Positions 29,422-39,145 of a stretch of DNA of 64,000 bases are shown piece after piece. A program made the position numbers and the translations under genes. The DNA is from Anaerolineales bacterium (GTDB taxonomy: Bacteria > Chloroflexota > Anaerolineae > Anaerolineales > UBA11579), in contig JAHCIJ010000002.1 of assembly GCA_026129255.1 (NCBI GenBank), positions 785,087 to 849,086 on the forward strand, given 5' to 3'. The number at the start of each line of letters is the position of its first letter. Positions within the stretch are counted from its first letter, which is position 1. The notes beneath the pieces are model-generated. The model was not told the DNA's origin. It saw only the letters and a program-made list of their open reading frames with translations, and ran no database searches.

Positions 29422-30015
29422 TTAAACGATACCGAGTATGTCTGCGGCCGAGTAGACCAGCATAAGCGCAAGGACGATATTGACGGCCAGGCGAATGCGC
29501 GGGTGGCCAAGATAGCGCTTAATAAGCGTGCCGAACAAGGTCCAGGTGGAGATAGCGGCAAAGCAGCTCAGCGTGAGCGGCACCAGAACCAGCAGCAGGC
29601 GTAGCGTGTCGCTTGTGAGCCAGGCAAGAAATGTGGTGAACAGGGTGAGGGCATAGATGATTACTTTGGGATTCAGAAACTGGAATACGAAACCCTGAGC
29701 AAACCCCATCGGTTTTGCTTGTTGATCCTCAAAAACGTAGGTCGCTTTCAGGATGTTGAATGCCAGGTACAGAATGTACGCTGCGCCGGCATAGCGCAGC
29801 ACTGGTTCAATGCCCGGGATGGCCGCCAGCAGAGTGTTCGATACCAAGGCGGCAATGAGCAGCACAACATAAAATCCCACTGTGTTTCCCAGGAGGAAGG
29901 GTAATGAGCGCCTGTAGCCGTACAGCAAGCCCATCGCCGCACTGGTGATGTTGTTTGGCCCAGGGGTGAAGTTGGCCACCAGGGCGTAGGTGATGGTTGG
30001 GAGCCAATTGAACAT
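29422..30015 (-). CDS. LysE/RhtB-family amino-acid exporter
   Basis: 197 aa, 6 TM segments, N-terminal TPGPNN motif. Confidence 0.85.
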   Translation of the reverse strand: MFNWLPTITYALVANFTPGPNNITSAAMGLLYGYRRSLPFLLGNTVGFYVVLLIAALVSNTLLAAIPGIEPVLRYAGAAYILYLAFNILKATYVFEDQQAKPMGFAQGFVFQFLNPKVIIYALTLFTTFLAWLTSDTLRLLLVLVPLTLSCFAAISTWTLFGTLIKRYLGHPRIRLAVNIVLALMLVYSAADILGIV

Positions 30016-30022
30016 GAGAACC

Positions 30023-30823
30023 TCAGGCCTGTAGCAGCCTGGCGTAACGCCCAGGCGTTACGCCAAGCGTTTGCCGGAAGCGACGTGTGAAATGACTTTG
30101 GCTGTTGAAGCCAACCTGGACCGCCACCTGTGCCAGGGGCAGGCCAGTGGCCAGCAAACGCTGTGCAGCTGCAATGCGATAGTTCTCAATGTACATGTGC
30201 GGCGGCATGCCCACCTGGTTGCCGAACGAGCGCAAGAAGTGATAACGGCTGAGCGACTCCAGCGCGGCGAGCTCGTTGAGCGAGATGGGCTGGGCATAGT
30301 TCTCGTGGATAAAAGCCAGCGCTCTTCGAATGGTGGCGGTTTTGGCTACTGGCGATTTGGCATCACCAAAGGCGCGTAGTATTTTTGCCATTGTACCGAT
30401 GAAGGCGGTTTCTGCTGCCAGGTTGTTTTCCTGTTTCATCAAGAGGGCATGCATGTGCGCAAAGCTTTTCGCCAGCAGGGCGTTATTGCGGCGCGGGCTG
30501 GGAAACAAAGGCAGTTCGGTTTGCATTCCCATTTCCTGTGCGATGGCTTGCATGTGCTCCACCTGCGGATACATGGCTCGGTAGCGGTAGCCGCCGCCCT
30601 CAGGCTCACCGGTGTGGCTCTCCCCTGGGTTGAGAAAGATCAGACCGCCTGGCTGCGTGAGGTATTTCTGCTTGCCGAGCCTGAAGTATTGCAGCCCAGT
30701 TTCAACTAGGGCAATTACATAATAGTCATGGCTGTGCAGTGGGTAGCTGTGGTGTGAGAACTGCGCGTGCAGTAAGTCAAGACTCAAACCCGAGTGATGC
30801 CTGTAGTCTGACCATTCTTGCAT
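30023..30823 (-). CDS. AraC-family transcriptional regulator (cupin sensor + HTH_18)
   Basis: N-terminal HSHDYYVIALVETG cupin; C-terminal AraC signature ...VGFNSQSHFTRRFRQTLGVTPGRY. Confidence 0.85.
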   Translation of the reverse strand: MQEWSDYRHHSGLSLDLLHAQFSHHSYPLHSHDYYVIALVETGLQYFRLGKQKYLTQPGGLIFLNPGESHTGEPEGGGYRYRAMYPQVEHMQAIAQEMGMQTELPLFPSPRRNNALLAKSFAHMHALLMKQENNLAAETAFIGTMAKILRAFGDAKSPVAKTATIRRALAFIHENYAQPISLNELAALESLSRYHFLRSFGNQVGMPPHMYIENYRIAAAQRLLATGLPLAQVAVQVGFNSQSHFTRRFRQTLGVTPGRYARLLQA

Positions 30824-31004
30824 ATCCAGAGTATAGGCCTAACTTTTGGCTTGGCTATCACGATATTGCTCAGTCTAGGGCATTGGGAGTTCGCGTGTTT
30901 TAGGCACTTTCCTCCGCGCTGCTTCACAAACCCTCACCCCGCAGCGAAGCTACAGGGGTGAGGGGTGTGTCTATCATTCCCAACCAGCCAGGGTAGGAGC
31001 TTTA

Positions 31005-31029
31005 AGCTGATAGCTGATAGCTAATAGCT
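31005..31029. repeat. AGCTNNN heptamer array
   Basis: AGCTGAT AGCTGAT AGCTAAT AGCT. Confidence 0.8.
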
Positions 31030-31038
31030 TCTTGCAGT

Positions 31039-31070
31039 TCAATATTTTAGATTTTCCTCATAAATATTGA
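31039..31070. promoter_or_regulatory. Candidate SufR operator, copy 2 (sufCBD promoter region)
   Basis: TCAATATTT-N14-AAATATTGA is a perfect 9-bp inverted repeat. The inner sequence TAGATTTTCCTCAT is nearly identical to the site at 28466. Confidence 0.55.
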
Positions 31071-31178
31071 CCCTGCTCTATGAACCTGCTATAATCGCCG
31101 AAAATCAACCTGGTTGAACACTTGCGCCCTCATTTGAGGCGTTGTTCACAATTCATTCTGCTAGGAGAAATACGGTTC

Positions 31179-31958
31179 ATGTCTCAACTGGAAATACGCG
31201 ATTTGCGCGTCACTGTAGCAGGCAACGAGATCCTTAAAGGCCTCAATCTGACCATCGAGCAGGGCAAGGTGCACGCCCTGATGGGCCCCAACGGCAGCGG
31301 CAAGAGCACGCTGGCCTACACCCTGATGGGGCACCCCAATTACGAAGTTACCGGTGGCGAGGTGTGGTTCAAGGGACAGAACATCCTGGAGCTGGAGCCT
31401 GACCAACGCTCGCACCTCGGCATTTTCCTCGCCTTCCAATACCCGGTAGCCATCCCAGGCGTGAGCGTGGCCAACTTCCTGCGCACCGCCCTCAACGCCC
31501 ACCGCAAGGCCAAGGATCCCGAGGACAAGGGCATGCCCATCCCCGAGTTCCGCACGTTGATGAAAGAGAAGATGGACCTGCTCAAGATGGATCACAGCTT
31601 TGCCGGCCGCTATCTCAATGATGGCTTCTCCGGCGGTGAGAAGAAGCGCGCCGAGATCCTGCAGATGGCGGCGCTCAACCCAGAATTCGCCGTGCTGGAC
31701 GAGACCGACTCCGGCCTCGACATCGACGCGCTGCGCAATGTGGCCGAAGGTGTGCAAGCGCTGCGCGGCCCCAATTTTGGCGCGCTGGTGATCACGCACT
31801 ACCAGCGTCTGCTCAATTACATCAACCCGGATGTAGTGCACGTGATGTTTGACGGGCGCATCGTGGAAACCGGCGGCCCCGAACTGGCACTGAAGCTGGA
31901 AGCGCAAGGCTACGACTGGGTGCGTGAAGCGCATGGTGAAGCGGTGATTAGTGAGTAG
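31179..31958 (+). CDS. sufC: Fe-S cluster assembly ATPase SufC
   Basis: Walker [10 protein letters not shown], signature FSGGEKKR, Walker [12 protein letters not shown]. The start is moved to ATG 31179, which has an AGGAG RBS. Confidence 0.95.
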   Translation: MSQLEIRDLRVTVAGNEILKGLNLTIEQGKVHALMGPNGSGKSTLAYTLMGHPNYEVTGGEVWFKGQNILELEPDQRSHLGIFLAFQYPVAIPGVSVANFLRTALNAHRKAKDPEDKGMPIPEFRTLMKEKMDLLKMDHSFAGRYLNDGFSGGEKKRAEILQMAALNPEFAVLDETDSGLDIDALRNVAEGVQALRGPNFGALVITHYQRLLNYINPDVVHVMFDGRIVETGGPELALKLEAQGYDWVREAHGEAVISE

Positions 31959-32020
31959 TGATTGGTGAGCAGGTAGGTAGAAGCCTTCCCTGATTGCTGA
32001 TCACAGATCGCTATTCACTC
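31943..32020. repeat. Inverted heptamer arrays spanning the sufC stop and the sufC-sufB spacer
   Basis: GTGATTA GTGAGTA GTGATTG GTGAGCA GGTAGGT ... CCTGATTGCTGATCACAGATCGCTATTCAC. Confidence 0.75.
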
Positions 32021-32036
32021 CAAAACGAGGTTAAAG

Positions 32037-33470
32037 ATGACACTCGAAAAACCGATCGAACGACCGAAAGACGATGCCGAGCTGTTGGACGGCATTGATG
32101 ATTACCGCTACGGCTTTGTAGATGAAGTGCAGCCGGTCTTCCGCACGCGCAAGGGTTTGGACGAAGACATTGTTCGCCAGATCAGTGCCAAGAAGGAAGA
32201 GCCGCAGTGGATGCTAGATTTCCGCCTGAAGGCGTACAAGCATTTCACCCAGCGCCCCATGCCCACCTGGGGTGGCGATCTCGACAAGCTCAATCTGGAC
32301 GAGATCTACTTCTACAGCAAGCCTGCCGAAGCCGAAGGCAAAAGCTGGGACGATGTGCCTGAGAACATTAAGAAGACCTTTGAGCGTTTGGGCATCCCCG
32401 AGGCCGAGCAGAAGTTCCTGGCTGGCGTAGGCGCCCAGTACGAATCAGAGATGGTGTATCACAACATCCAGCAGCACCTGGCTGACCAGGGCGTGCTGTT
32501 CAAGAGCATCGAGCAGGGTTTGAAGGACCACCCTGAGATGTTCCGCGAATACTTTGGCACCATCATCCCCATTGAGGACAACAAGTTCTCGGCGCTCAAC
32601 TCAGCGGTATGGTCGGGCGGCTCGTTCGTCTACATCCCCAAGGGCGTCAAGGTGGAGATGCCGCTGCAGGCCTACTTCCGCGTCAACCAGGCCGACCAAG
32701 GCCAGTTCGAGCGCACGCTCATCATCGTGGACGAAGGCGCCGAGGCGCACTATGTGGAAGGCTGCACGGCCCCCGTGTACACCACTGACTCGTTCCATAG
32801 TGGCGTGATTGAGATCATCGTCAAGAAGAACGCGCGCTTCCGTTACACCACCATTCAGAACTGGTCCAACAACATGTACAACCTGGTGACGCAGCGTGCC
32901 CATGTGCACGAGAACGCCACCATGGAGTGGGTGGATGCCAATCTGGGCAGCAAGCTCACCATGAAGTACCCCTCGTGCTATCTGCTGGGTGAAGGGGCTC
33001 ACGGCGAAATCCTCTCGATGGCGTTCGCCAGTGGCCACCAACACCAGGACACGGGCGGCAAGGTGATCCACTTTGTGCCCAACACCACCAGCAAGATCAC
33101 GTCCAAATCCATCAGCAAGAGTGGCGGGCGTGCTTCGTACCGCGGTCTGCTGAAGGTGCACCCGGGTGCGGAAGGCTCCAAGAGCAATGTGGTGTGTGAT
33201 GCGCTGCTGCTGGACGACCAGTCTCGTTCGGATACCTATCCGTATATCGAGATCGATGCTGAAGACGTCACCATTGGCCACGAGGCCTCGGTGTCCAAGG
33301 TGGGCGAGGAGCAGCTCTTCTATCTGATGAGCCGCGGCATGACCGAAGAAGAAGCCGCCACGATGGTGGTCTCCGGCTTCATTGAGCCGCTGGTCAAAGA
33401 ACTGCCCATGGAATATGCGATCGAGATGAATCGCCTGATCCAGTTGCAAATGGAAGGCTCGATAGGCTAA
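32037..33470 (+). CDS. sufB: Fe-S cluster assembly scaffold SufB
   Basis: 477 aa with typical SufB blocks ([29 protein letters not shown]). Confidence 0.95.
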   Translation: MTLEKPIERPKDDAELLDGIDDYRYGFVDEVQPVFRTRKGLDEDIVRQISAKKEEPQWMLDFRLKAYKHFTQRPMPTWGGDLDKLNLDEIYFYSKPAEAEGKSWDDVPENIKKTFERLGIPEAEQKFLAGVGAQYESEMVYHNIQQHLADQGVLFKSIEQGLKDHPEMFREYFGTIIPIEDNKFSALNSAVWSGGSFVYIPKGVKVEMPLQAYFRVNQADQGQFERTLIIVDEGAEAHYVEGCTAPVYTTDSFHSGVIEIIVKKNARFRYTTIQNWSNNMYNLVTQRAHVHENATMEWVDANLGSKLTMKYPSCYLLGEGAHGEILSMAFASGHQHQDTGGKVIHFVPNTTSKITSKSISKSGGRASYRGLLKVHPGAEGSKSNVVCDALLLDDQSRSDTYPYIEIDAEDVTIGHEASVSKVGEEQLFYLMSRGMTEEEAATMVVSGFIEPLVKELPMEYAIEMNRLIQLQMEGSIG

Positions 33471-33501
33471 AGCCTGTCGAGGTAAGTGAGAAACGCAAGA
33501 T

Positions 33502-35289
33502 ATGGCAAACAAGAAGAAAACCAGCCCGCGCGTCAAGAAGGCGACGGTAAAAAAGAAAGTGGCTGCCAAGGCCACCAAGCCGGTAACCAAGAAGAAGGTT
33601 GCCGCCAAGCCGGTTGCGAAGAAGAAGGCTGCGCCCAAAGCGAAGCCTAAAGCCGTAGTAAAGAAAAAGGTGGCTGCCAAAGTAGCCAAGAAGACTGCGG
33701 TTAAAAAGACCGCTGCCAAAAAGACAGTTGCGAAGAAGACTACTGTTAAGAAAGTGGCTACGAAAGCTACCGTAAAGAAAACTGCAACCAAGGTCGCTAG
33801 CAAAAAGAGCGTTGCTAGCAAGAAAAGCGTTGCAAAGACGCAGCCGAAGAAGGTGGCAGCAGCCAAGAGCGCTGCGCCGGTTGCCCAGCAGCCCCGCGTA
33901 GTGACGCGTGCTGCCGAGCCCGAAGTCATCGGTGCTGGGAAGACGCCGCGCGTGATCACGCGCGGCGGTGCCGCCGCGGTGCAGACCAAGAGCGGTTTTC
34001 CCTTCACTGCCGAGCAGATCCCTAATGGCGTGAAGGAAGCCGCCTTCCTGCATAGCTACCGTCAGAGCGCCTGGTCTCACTTCGAGAGCCTGCCGCTGCC
34101 CAGCACCAACGATGAAGCCTGGCGCCGCACCGACATCCGCCAGCTTAAGCGCAGCAGCATGCAGATCGTGGACAACCTGCCTAGCGCGCAGCGCGGCGCG
34201 CTGCCCGCCATCCCCGCCCAGCTGCTCAAGCCGCTGGTGGGCGAGGGGCACGGCGGCCAGATCGTCTTTGGCCCCGGCGAAACCACGGTAACGCTGAGCC
34301 AGGACATTGCCAATCAAGGCGTAGTCTTCACAGACTTCGCCACGGCCGCCGCCAAGCACCCTGATCTGCTCAAGAAGGTGCTGGGCAACGTGGTCAAGCC
34401 AGAAGAAGGCAAGTTCGCCGCTATGGCGGGTGCCCTGGCGGGCCGCGGGGCGCTGCTGTATGTGCCGCGCGGCGTGCAGGTGGAAGAGCCGCTGCACTCG
34501 CTGCTGTGGGGCCCCGGCGCCGGCCTGGCCTACTTCTCACACATTCTGGTGTGGGTCGAGGACGGCGCTTCGGTCACCTACGTGCACGAAGCGGCGTCGC
34601 CCACGATCAGCGAGCAGAGCATGCATGCTGGCATCGTTGAGCTGCACGTCGGCTCCGGCGCCAACCTGCGCTTCGTCGAGCTGCAATCGTGGGGCGAGCA
34701 CATGTGGAACTTTACGCATGAGCGTGCCCGCGTGCAGAAAGACGGCAACCTGGATTGGATCTTTGGCGCCCTCGGCAGCCACCTCACCAAGAACTTCTCC
34801 GAGATCAATCTGGAGGGTGAGGGCAGCCTGGGTCGCATGTCTGGTTTCTACTTTACCGATGGTGATCAGCACCTGGACCATGACACGCAGCAGAACCACA
34901 TGGCGGCGCATACCACCAGCGACCTGCTATTCAAAGGCGCGCTGGAAGAAAAGAGCCGCTCTGTATGGCAGGGCATGATCTACGTAGCCCCCGGCGCCCA
35001 GCGCACGGATGGCTACCAGGCCAATCGCAACCTGGTGTTGAGCAAAGAAGCGCGCGCCGACAGCATCCCCGGGCTGGAGATCCTGGCCGATGATGTGCGC
35101 TGCACCCACGGCGCTACTGTAGGCAAGATCGACCCGGATGAGTACTTTTACCTGCTGAGCCGTGGCATCCCGCCCGTGGAGGCGCGCCGCCTGATCGTGA
35201 AGGGCTTCTTTGACCCGATCATGGAGCGAATTCCCTTTGAGGGCGTGCGCCAGCGCTTCCAGCAGGCCATTGTTCAGAAGATGAAGTAG
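33502..35289 (+). CDS. sufD: SufD with a ~150-aa N-terminal Lys/Ala-rich (histone H1-like) extension
   Basis: aa 1-120 consist of KKxVAAK/AKKT repeats. aa ~170-595 is a SufD beta-helix (GALLYVPRGV, HTTSDLLFKGAL, IPGLEILADDVRCTHGATVG). Confidence 0.85.
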   Translation: MANKKKTSPRVKKATVKKKVAAKATKPVTKKKVAAKPVAKKKAAPKAKPKAVVKKKVAAKVAKKTAVKKTAAKKTVAKKTTVKKVATKATVKKTATKVASKKSVASKKSVAKTQPKKVAAAKSAAPVAQQPRVVTRAAEPEVIGAGKTPRVITRGGAAAVQTKSGFPFTAEQIPNGVKEAAFLHSYRQSAWSHFESLPLPSTNDEAWRRTDIRQLKRSSMQIVDNLPSAQRGALPAIPAQLLKPLVGEGHGGQIVFGPGETTVTLSQDIANQGVVFTDFATAAAKHPDLLKKVLGNVVKPEEGKFAAMAGALAGRGALLYVPRGVQVEEPLHSLLWGPGAGLAYFSHILVWVEDGASVTYVHEAASPTISEQSMHAGIVELHVGSGANLRFVELQSWGEHMWNFTHERARVQKDGNLDWIFGALGSHLTKNFSEINLEGEGSLGRMSGFYFTDGDQHLDHDTQQNHMAAHTTSDLLFKGALEEKSRSVWQGMIYVAPGAQRTDGYQANRNLVLSKEARADSIPGLEILADDVRCTHGATVGKIDPDEYFYLLSRGIPPVEARRLIVKGFFDPIMERIPFEGVRQRFQQAIVQKMK

Positions 35290-35395
35290 TTGTACTATTA
35301 AGGATTAGTAGCGAGAGTGAACAGTGGTATGTGAGCAGTGAACAGGTTGAAAGCCTGATCACTCTTTACTCGTTACTGCTCACTCGCTTTCGGAG
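35290..35395. repeat. Inverted heptamer arrays in the sufD-downstream spacer
   Basis: ...GTGAACA GTGGTAT GTGAGCA GTGAACA GG...CCTGATCACTCTTTACTCGTTACTGCTCACTC. Confidence 0.75.
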
Positions 35396-35400
35396 GTTGA

Positions 35401-35748
35401 ATGGCAGAACTTCGTTTTACAAACGCCCCTGATCGAGACGACTTGTACAAGGTAGGCGACCGTGTGGAGGTGTACTGCGACCACGAAGATCCCAAGGGCA
35501 ACCGCGTGCGCGGCTGGCTGGAGGGCGTGGTGGTGCAGGTAGACCCCAAGATCGTGGCGGTGCAATTTGCCGAGCCGGTGTACCTGACCGACGGCTGGAT
35601 GGTGCCGGACCACGTGCTGTGGTGCCCGCCCAATTCCCAGCAGATCCGCATGGCGCGCAAGCGCACGCGCAAACCGCGCGCCGCCGCGAGCCCTGCGGCG
35701 CGCAGCAAGGCCAAGACCAAGGCGAAAGCCAAGGCCAAGAGCAAGTAG
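35401..35748 (+). CDS. Small protein with a Tudor/SH3-like core and a C-terminal Lys/Ala-rich tail; unknown function, embedded in the suf operon
   Basis: 115-aa ORF with a GGAGG RBS and the tail RKRTRKPRAAASPAARSKAKTKAKAKAKSK. Confidence 0.5.
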   Translation: MAELRFTNAPDRDDLYKVGDRVEVYCDHEDPKGNRVRGWLEGVVVQVDPKIVAVQFAEPVYLTDGWMVPDHVLWCPPNSQQIRMARKRTRKPRAAASPAARSKAKTKAKAKAKSK

Positions 35749-35754
35749 GGGCGC

Positions 35755-37002
35755 ATGACGAATTCGCAGCAGGGCCATAGTTTAGACATCCAACGCATCC
35801 GTGCCGATTTCCCGGTGCTGGATGTGGAAGTGCAGCCCGGCGTCAAGCTGGTGTACTTGGACTCGGGCGCCACCAGCCAGAAGCCGGTGCAGGTCATCGA
35901 GCGCATGAACCAGTACTACCGCGCCGAGAATGCCAACATTCACCGCGGCGTACACAAGCTGGCCGAGCAGGCCACCGAGGATTACGAAGCGGTGCGCGGC
36001 AAGCTTGCCAAGTTCATCAACGCCGCCAAGAGCAAGGAGATCGTCTTCACCCGCAACGCCACCGAGTCTGTGAATTTGGTCGCCCACACCTGGGGCCGCG
36101 CCAATTTGCAGGCGGGCGATGTGGTGGTGCTCACCGAAATGGAGCACCACGCCAACCTGGTGCCCTGGCAGATGCTGGCCGCCGAGCGTGGCATTCGCCT
36201 GGAGTTCATCCCGGTGACCGAAGAAGGCGTGCTGGACATGAGCGCGCTGCCCGCGTTGATGGAGCTCAAGCCCAAGCTGGTGAGCTTTACCGCCATGAGC
36301 AATGTGCTCGGCACGATTACGCCGATCGCTGAGATCGTGCAGGCCGCTCATGCGGCTGGCGCGCTGGCCATGGTGGACGGCGCCCAGTCTGTGCCGCATC
36401 TGCCCACGGATGTGCGTGCCCTGGATATTGACTTCCTCGTGTTCTCGAGCCACAAGATGCTCGGACCCACCGGCATCGGTGTGCTGTATGGCAAAGAGGC
36501 GTTGCTGGAAGCCATGCCACCTTTTATGGGTGGCGGCGACATGATCAAGCGCGTCAAGCTGCGCGAGTTCAGCACGGCGGGCGTGCCGCACAAGTTCGAA
36601 GCCGGCACTCCGGCGATCGCCGAAGTGATCGGCCTCGGCGCGGCGGTGGATTATTTGACCGAGATCGGTATGGAGCAGATCGCCGCCCATGACCGCGAGC
36701 TGACCGCGTATGCGCTGGAGCGTTTGGAAGAGGTGCCGGGCATCTGGATCTTTGGCCCGGGCATCGAGCACAAGAGCTCCAACGCCTCCTTCACGCTGAA
36801 GGGCGCCCACCCGCATGACGTGGCCGAGATTTTGAACCGCTCTGGCGTAGCCACGCGTGCCGGGCATCACTGTGCTATGCCGGTGCACGAGAAGTTCGGC
36901 GTACCGGCCACCACGCGTGCCAGCTTCTACCTCTACAACACCACCGAGGAGATCGATACCCTGGTGGAAGCCCTCTACAAAGTAAAGGAGATCTTCAAAT
37001 AA
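35755..37002 (+). CDS. sufS: Cysteine desulfurase SufS (class II aminotransferase V)
   Basis: FSSHKMLGPTGIGVLYG (PLP Lys) and RAGHHCA (catalytic Cys loop). Confidence 0.95.
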   Translation: MTNSQQGHSLDIQRIRADFPVLDVEVQPGVKLVYLDSGATSQKPVQVIERMNQYYRAENANIHRGVHKLAEQATEDYEAVRGKLAKFINAAKSKEIVFTRNATESVNLVAHTWGRANLQAGDVVVLTEMEHHANLVPWQMLAAERGIRLEFIPVTEEGVLDMSALPALMELKPKLVSFTAMSNVLGTITPIAEIVQAAHAAGALAMVDGAQSVPHLPTDVRALDIDFLVFSSHKMLGPTGIGVLYGKEALLEAMPPFMGGGDMIKRVKLREFSTAGVPHKFEAGTPAIAEVIGLGAAVDYLTEIGMEQIAAHDRELTAYALERLEEVPGIWIFGPGIEHKSSNASFTLKGAHPHDVAEILNRSGVATRAGHHCAMPVHEKFGVPATTRASFYLYNTTEEIDTLVEALYKVKEIFK

Positions 37003-37003
37003 G

Positions 37004-37408
37004 ATGGACGATCTCTATCGTGAAGTGATCATTGACCGTTACCAGAACCCGCGCTTCAGCGGCACGCTGGACCCGCACACGCATTCGTACGAGGATGACA
37101 ATCCGGTGTGCGGCGACCACATTCGCATTGACCTGCGCGTGGACGATAAGGACATCGTCACCGAGGCCAAGTTCACCGGTGAAGGCTGCTCCATCTCGCA
37201 AGCCTCTGCTGACTTGCTGATGGAAAAGATCACCGGCATGCCCGTGGCCGATGTGCGTGGGCTGGCTAAGCAAGATATTCTGGATCTGCTCGGTATTGAG
37301 CTCGGTCCCGTGCGCCTTAAGTGCGCGCTGCTGTCGCTCAAGGTGCTCAAGGGCGGCGTGTATGGCCTCGATGAGGTCATGTCGCTGGATGAGTTGGCTG
37401 AGTCCTAA
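37004..37408 (+). CDS. sufU: SufU/IscU-like zinc-dependent sulfurtransferase
   Basis: NPVCGD, GEGCSISQASA and LKCALL motifs. Confidence 0.9.
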   Translation: MDDLYREVIIDRYQNPRFSGTLDPHTHSYEDDNPVCGDHIRIDLRVDDKDIVTEAKFTGEGCSISQASADLLMEKITGMPVADVRGLAKQDILDLLGIELGPVRLKCALLSLKVLKGGVYGLDEVMSLDELAES

Positions 37409-37419
37409 GCTGTAATCCT

Positions 37420-37779
37420 ATGCCTGACCTCGGAACCTTCACTTTCACCTCCCTTGGCCCCAAGGAAGTTGATTTTGTGGCAGTGGCTAGCGAAGAAGAG
37501 CTGCCTAACGGCAAGCGTCTCTTCGTGACGGTGGATGAGTACAACCTGGTGGTGTTCAACATCGCCGGGGAGTACTTCGCCATCGCTGACCTGTGCTCGC
37601 ACGACAACGGGCCGCTGGGGGAGGGCGAGATCGAAGAATACGAGGTGATCTGCCCGCGCCACGGCGCACGCTTTGACGTGCGCAGCGGGCGGGCCACGGC
37701 CCTGCCGGCGGTGGTGGACATCCCGGCGTATCCGACGCGCGTGAGCGATGGCATGGTTGAGGTGGGGCTCCCGCTGTAG
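37420..37779 (+). CDS. Rieske [2Fe-2S] ferredoxin-like protein
   Basis: CSHDNGPL ... CPRHGARF (the CxH...CxxH Rieske motif). Confidence 0.85.
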   Translation: MPDLGTFTFTSLGPKEVDFVAVASEEELPNGKRLFVTVDEYNLVVFNIAGEYFAIADLCSHDNGPLGEGEIEEYEVICPRHGARFDVRSGRATALPAVVDIPAYPTRVSDGMVEVGLPL

Positions 37780-37805
37780 CTGTTAGCCGTTAGCTATAAG
37801 CTAAA
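37778..37805. repeat. AGCTNNN heptamer array overlapping the Rieske gene stop
   Basis: AGCTGTT AGCCGTT AGCTATA AGCTAAA. Confidence 0.75.
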
Positions 37806-37835
37806 AAGCGAGCCGCGTAAGCGGCTCGCTTTTTT
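37802..37835 (+). terminator. Terminator at the end of the suf operon
   Basis: AAAAAGCGAGCCGC-GTAA-GCGGCTCGCTTTTTT. Confidence 0.85.
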
Positions 37836-37841
37836 GTATCC

Positions 37842-37947
37842 TGTCATTGCGAGCGAGTGAAACGAGCGAAGCAATCTACCCAGCCTGCTTGTGCGGTAGA
37901 TTGCTTTGTCGTTCAGCGGCTACGCCGCTTCACATTCTCGCAATGAC
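37842..37947. repeat. Complete hairpin element with GTCATTGCGAG / CTCGCAATGAC termini (MITE/REP-like)
   Basis: Left arm GTCATTGCGAGCGAGTGAAACGAGCGAAGCAATCTAC, loop CCAGCCTGCTTGTGC, right arm GGTAGATTGCTTTGTCG...CTCGCAATGAC. Confidence 0.8.
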
Positions 37948-38460
37948 AAGATCTTGGGGCATTCCGAGCGTAGCGAGGAATCCTTTAGGCCATTGCAAGT
38001 TCTAGCTTGAATTTACTTGACCTAAAGGATTCTTCCGCTGGAAAGCACAGCGGTTCGGCTGGCCTGCATTGCGCTCTCGAGTTGACTTGGAAAGGCCGCC
38101 TCGGAATGACTTATTCCGTCATTGCGAGCGAGTAAAACAAGCGAAGCAATCCCCAACATAGTCCTCCAATTCCAGCTTGTGGTTACTTCGTTAGCGTCCC
38201 TGTTTAGTGCAAGGCTCGCAACGGCGGCTTGGTGTGTATCCTGAGCCAACAAGCAGCGGCTGCTTTGCAGCCGCTGCTTATGCCAGCGAAGGACCCCCGC
38301 TGGGCTGGTTTCAGAGTCAAGTAATGAATGCGTACATTGCCAGCGAGGATCCCTCGCTGCGCTCGGGATGCACGGCCCTCACCCCGTTGACTTTATGCAA
38401 AGATAATCTGCGTGCTTCCCTTTCCCTCTGGGAGAGGGAACGAGGGTGAGGGTGAGCGGC
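37948..38460. repeat. Non-coding mosaic of related palindromic modules
   Basis: Contains a CATTCCGAGCG..GAGGAATCC / GGATTC..CTCGGAATGAC pair, a lone GTCATTGCGAGCG..GAAGCAATCCCC arm, the hairpin AAGCAGCGGCTGC-TTT-GCAGCCGCTGCTT, and CCCTCACCC / GGGTGAGGG modules. Confidence 0.7.
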
Positions 38461-38467
38461 CTAAACC

Positions 38468-39145
38468 TTACTCCACCACGGGCCAGCCGCGCTCCAGGGC
38501 AATCGGCTTGAGATACTCATCGGGGAAGAAGGCCACGGGGTGCCCTGCCATCTCCAGCAGGCCAACATCTGTGCTGCCGTCGGCATAGGCCCAGCTGGCG
38601 GCGTAGTCTACTTCGATGCCAGCTTCCGCTAGCGCTTGGCGTGCCAGGGCCGCCTTGTTCTCATCGATGCACACCAGGCCGTCGAGGGCGCCGGTGTAGC
38701 GCCCATCGCGCATGGCGGGCTTGGTGCCCACGGCCATGTCTGCGCCCACTTCCTGGGCAATACGCGCCACCAGCGGCGTGGGGCCAGCGGAGACTAGCAC
38801 CACCAGGTGACCTTTGGCCTTGTGCTCCTTGATCTTCTCCAACCCCTCGCTGCGCCACAAGCCTTGCATGTATTCGGCGGTGACCCAATCCCACACAGGC
38901 TGGGCTTGCTCAGGCGTATCCCCGCGCAGGAACCACAACAGGTGGGCGGCCCACGGCGTGCGGAACGCGCTCTGCGAGAGCAAACCGGCTTTGTGCAGCA
39001 GCCAGAAGGGCAGGTGGTAGATCCAGTAGCCGCTCTGTGTCCAACGGCGTTGCTTGTGCAGCTTGTAATAGTCCAGCACGCCGCGCCACACGCGTTCGGT
39101 GGTGAGTGTGCCGTCTACATCAAAGAACGCCGCGGTTGTGCCCAT
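38468..39145 (-). CDS. HAD-IB family hydrolase
   Basis: FFDVDGTLT (motif I), VSAGP, and DGSTDVGLLE. The start is trimmed to ATG 39145, because the track ORF extends into fadD. Confidence 0.75.
   Translation of the reverse strand: MGTTAAFFDVDGTLTTERVWRGVLDYYKLHKQRRWTQSGYWIYHLPFWLLHKAGLLSQSAFRTPWAAHLLWFLRGDTPEQAQPVWDWVTAEYMQGLWRSEGLEKIKEHKAKGHLVVLVSAGPTPLVARIAQEVGADMAVGTKPAMRDGRYTGALDGLVCIDENKAALARQALAEAGIEVDYAASWAYADGSTDVGLLEMAGHPVAFFPDEYLKPIALERGWPVVE

Noticed and set aside
32601-34497. 468-aa and 367-aa minus-strand ORFs across sufB/sufD
   Set aside because: They are generated by the reverse complement of the Lys/Ala repeat region of sufD (giving FFLATLFL... strings) and lie antisense to well-supported sufB/sufD.
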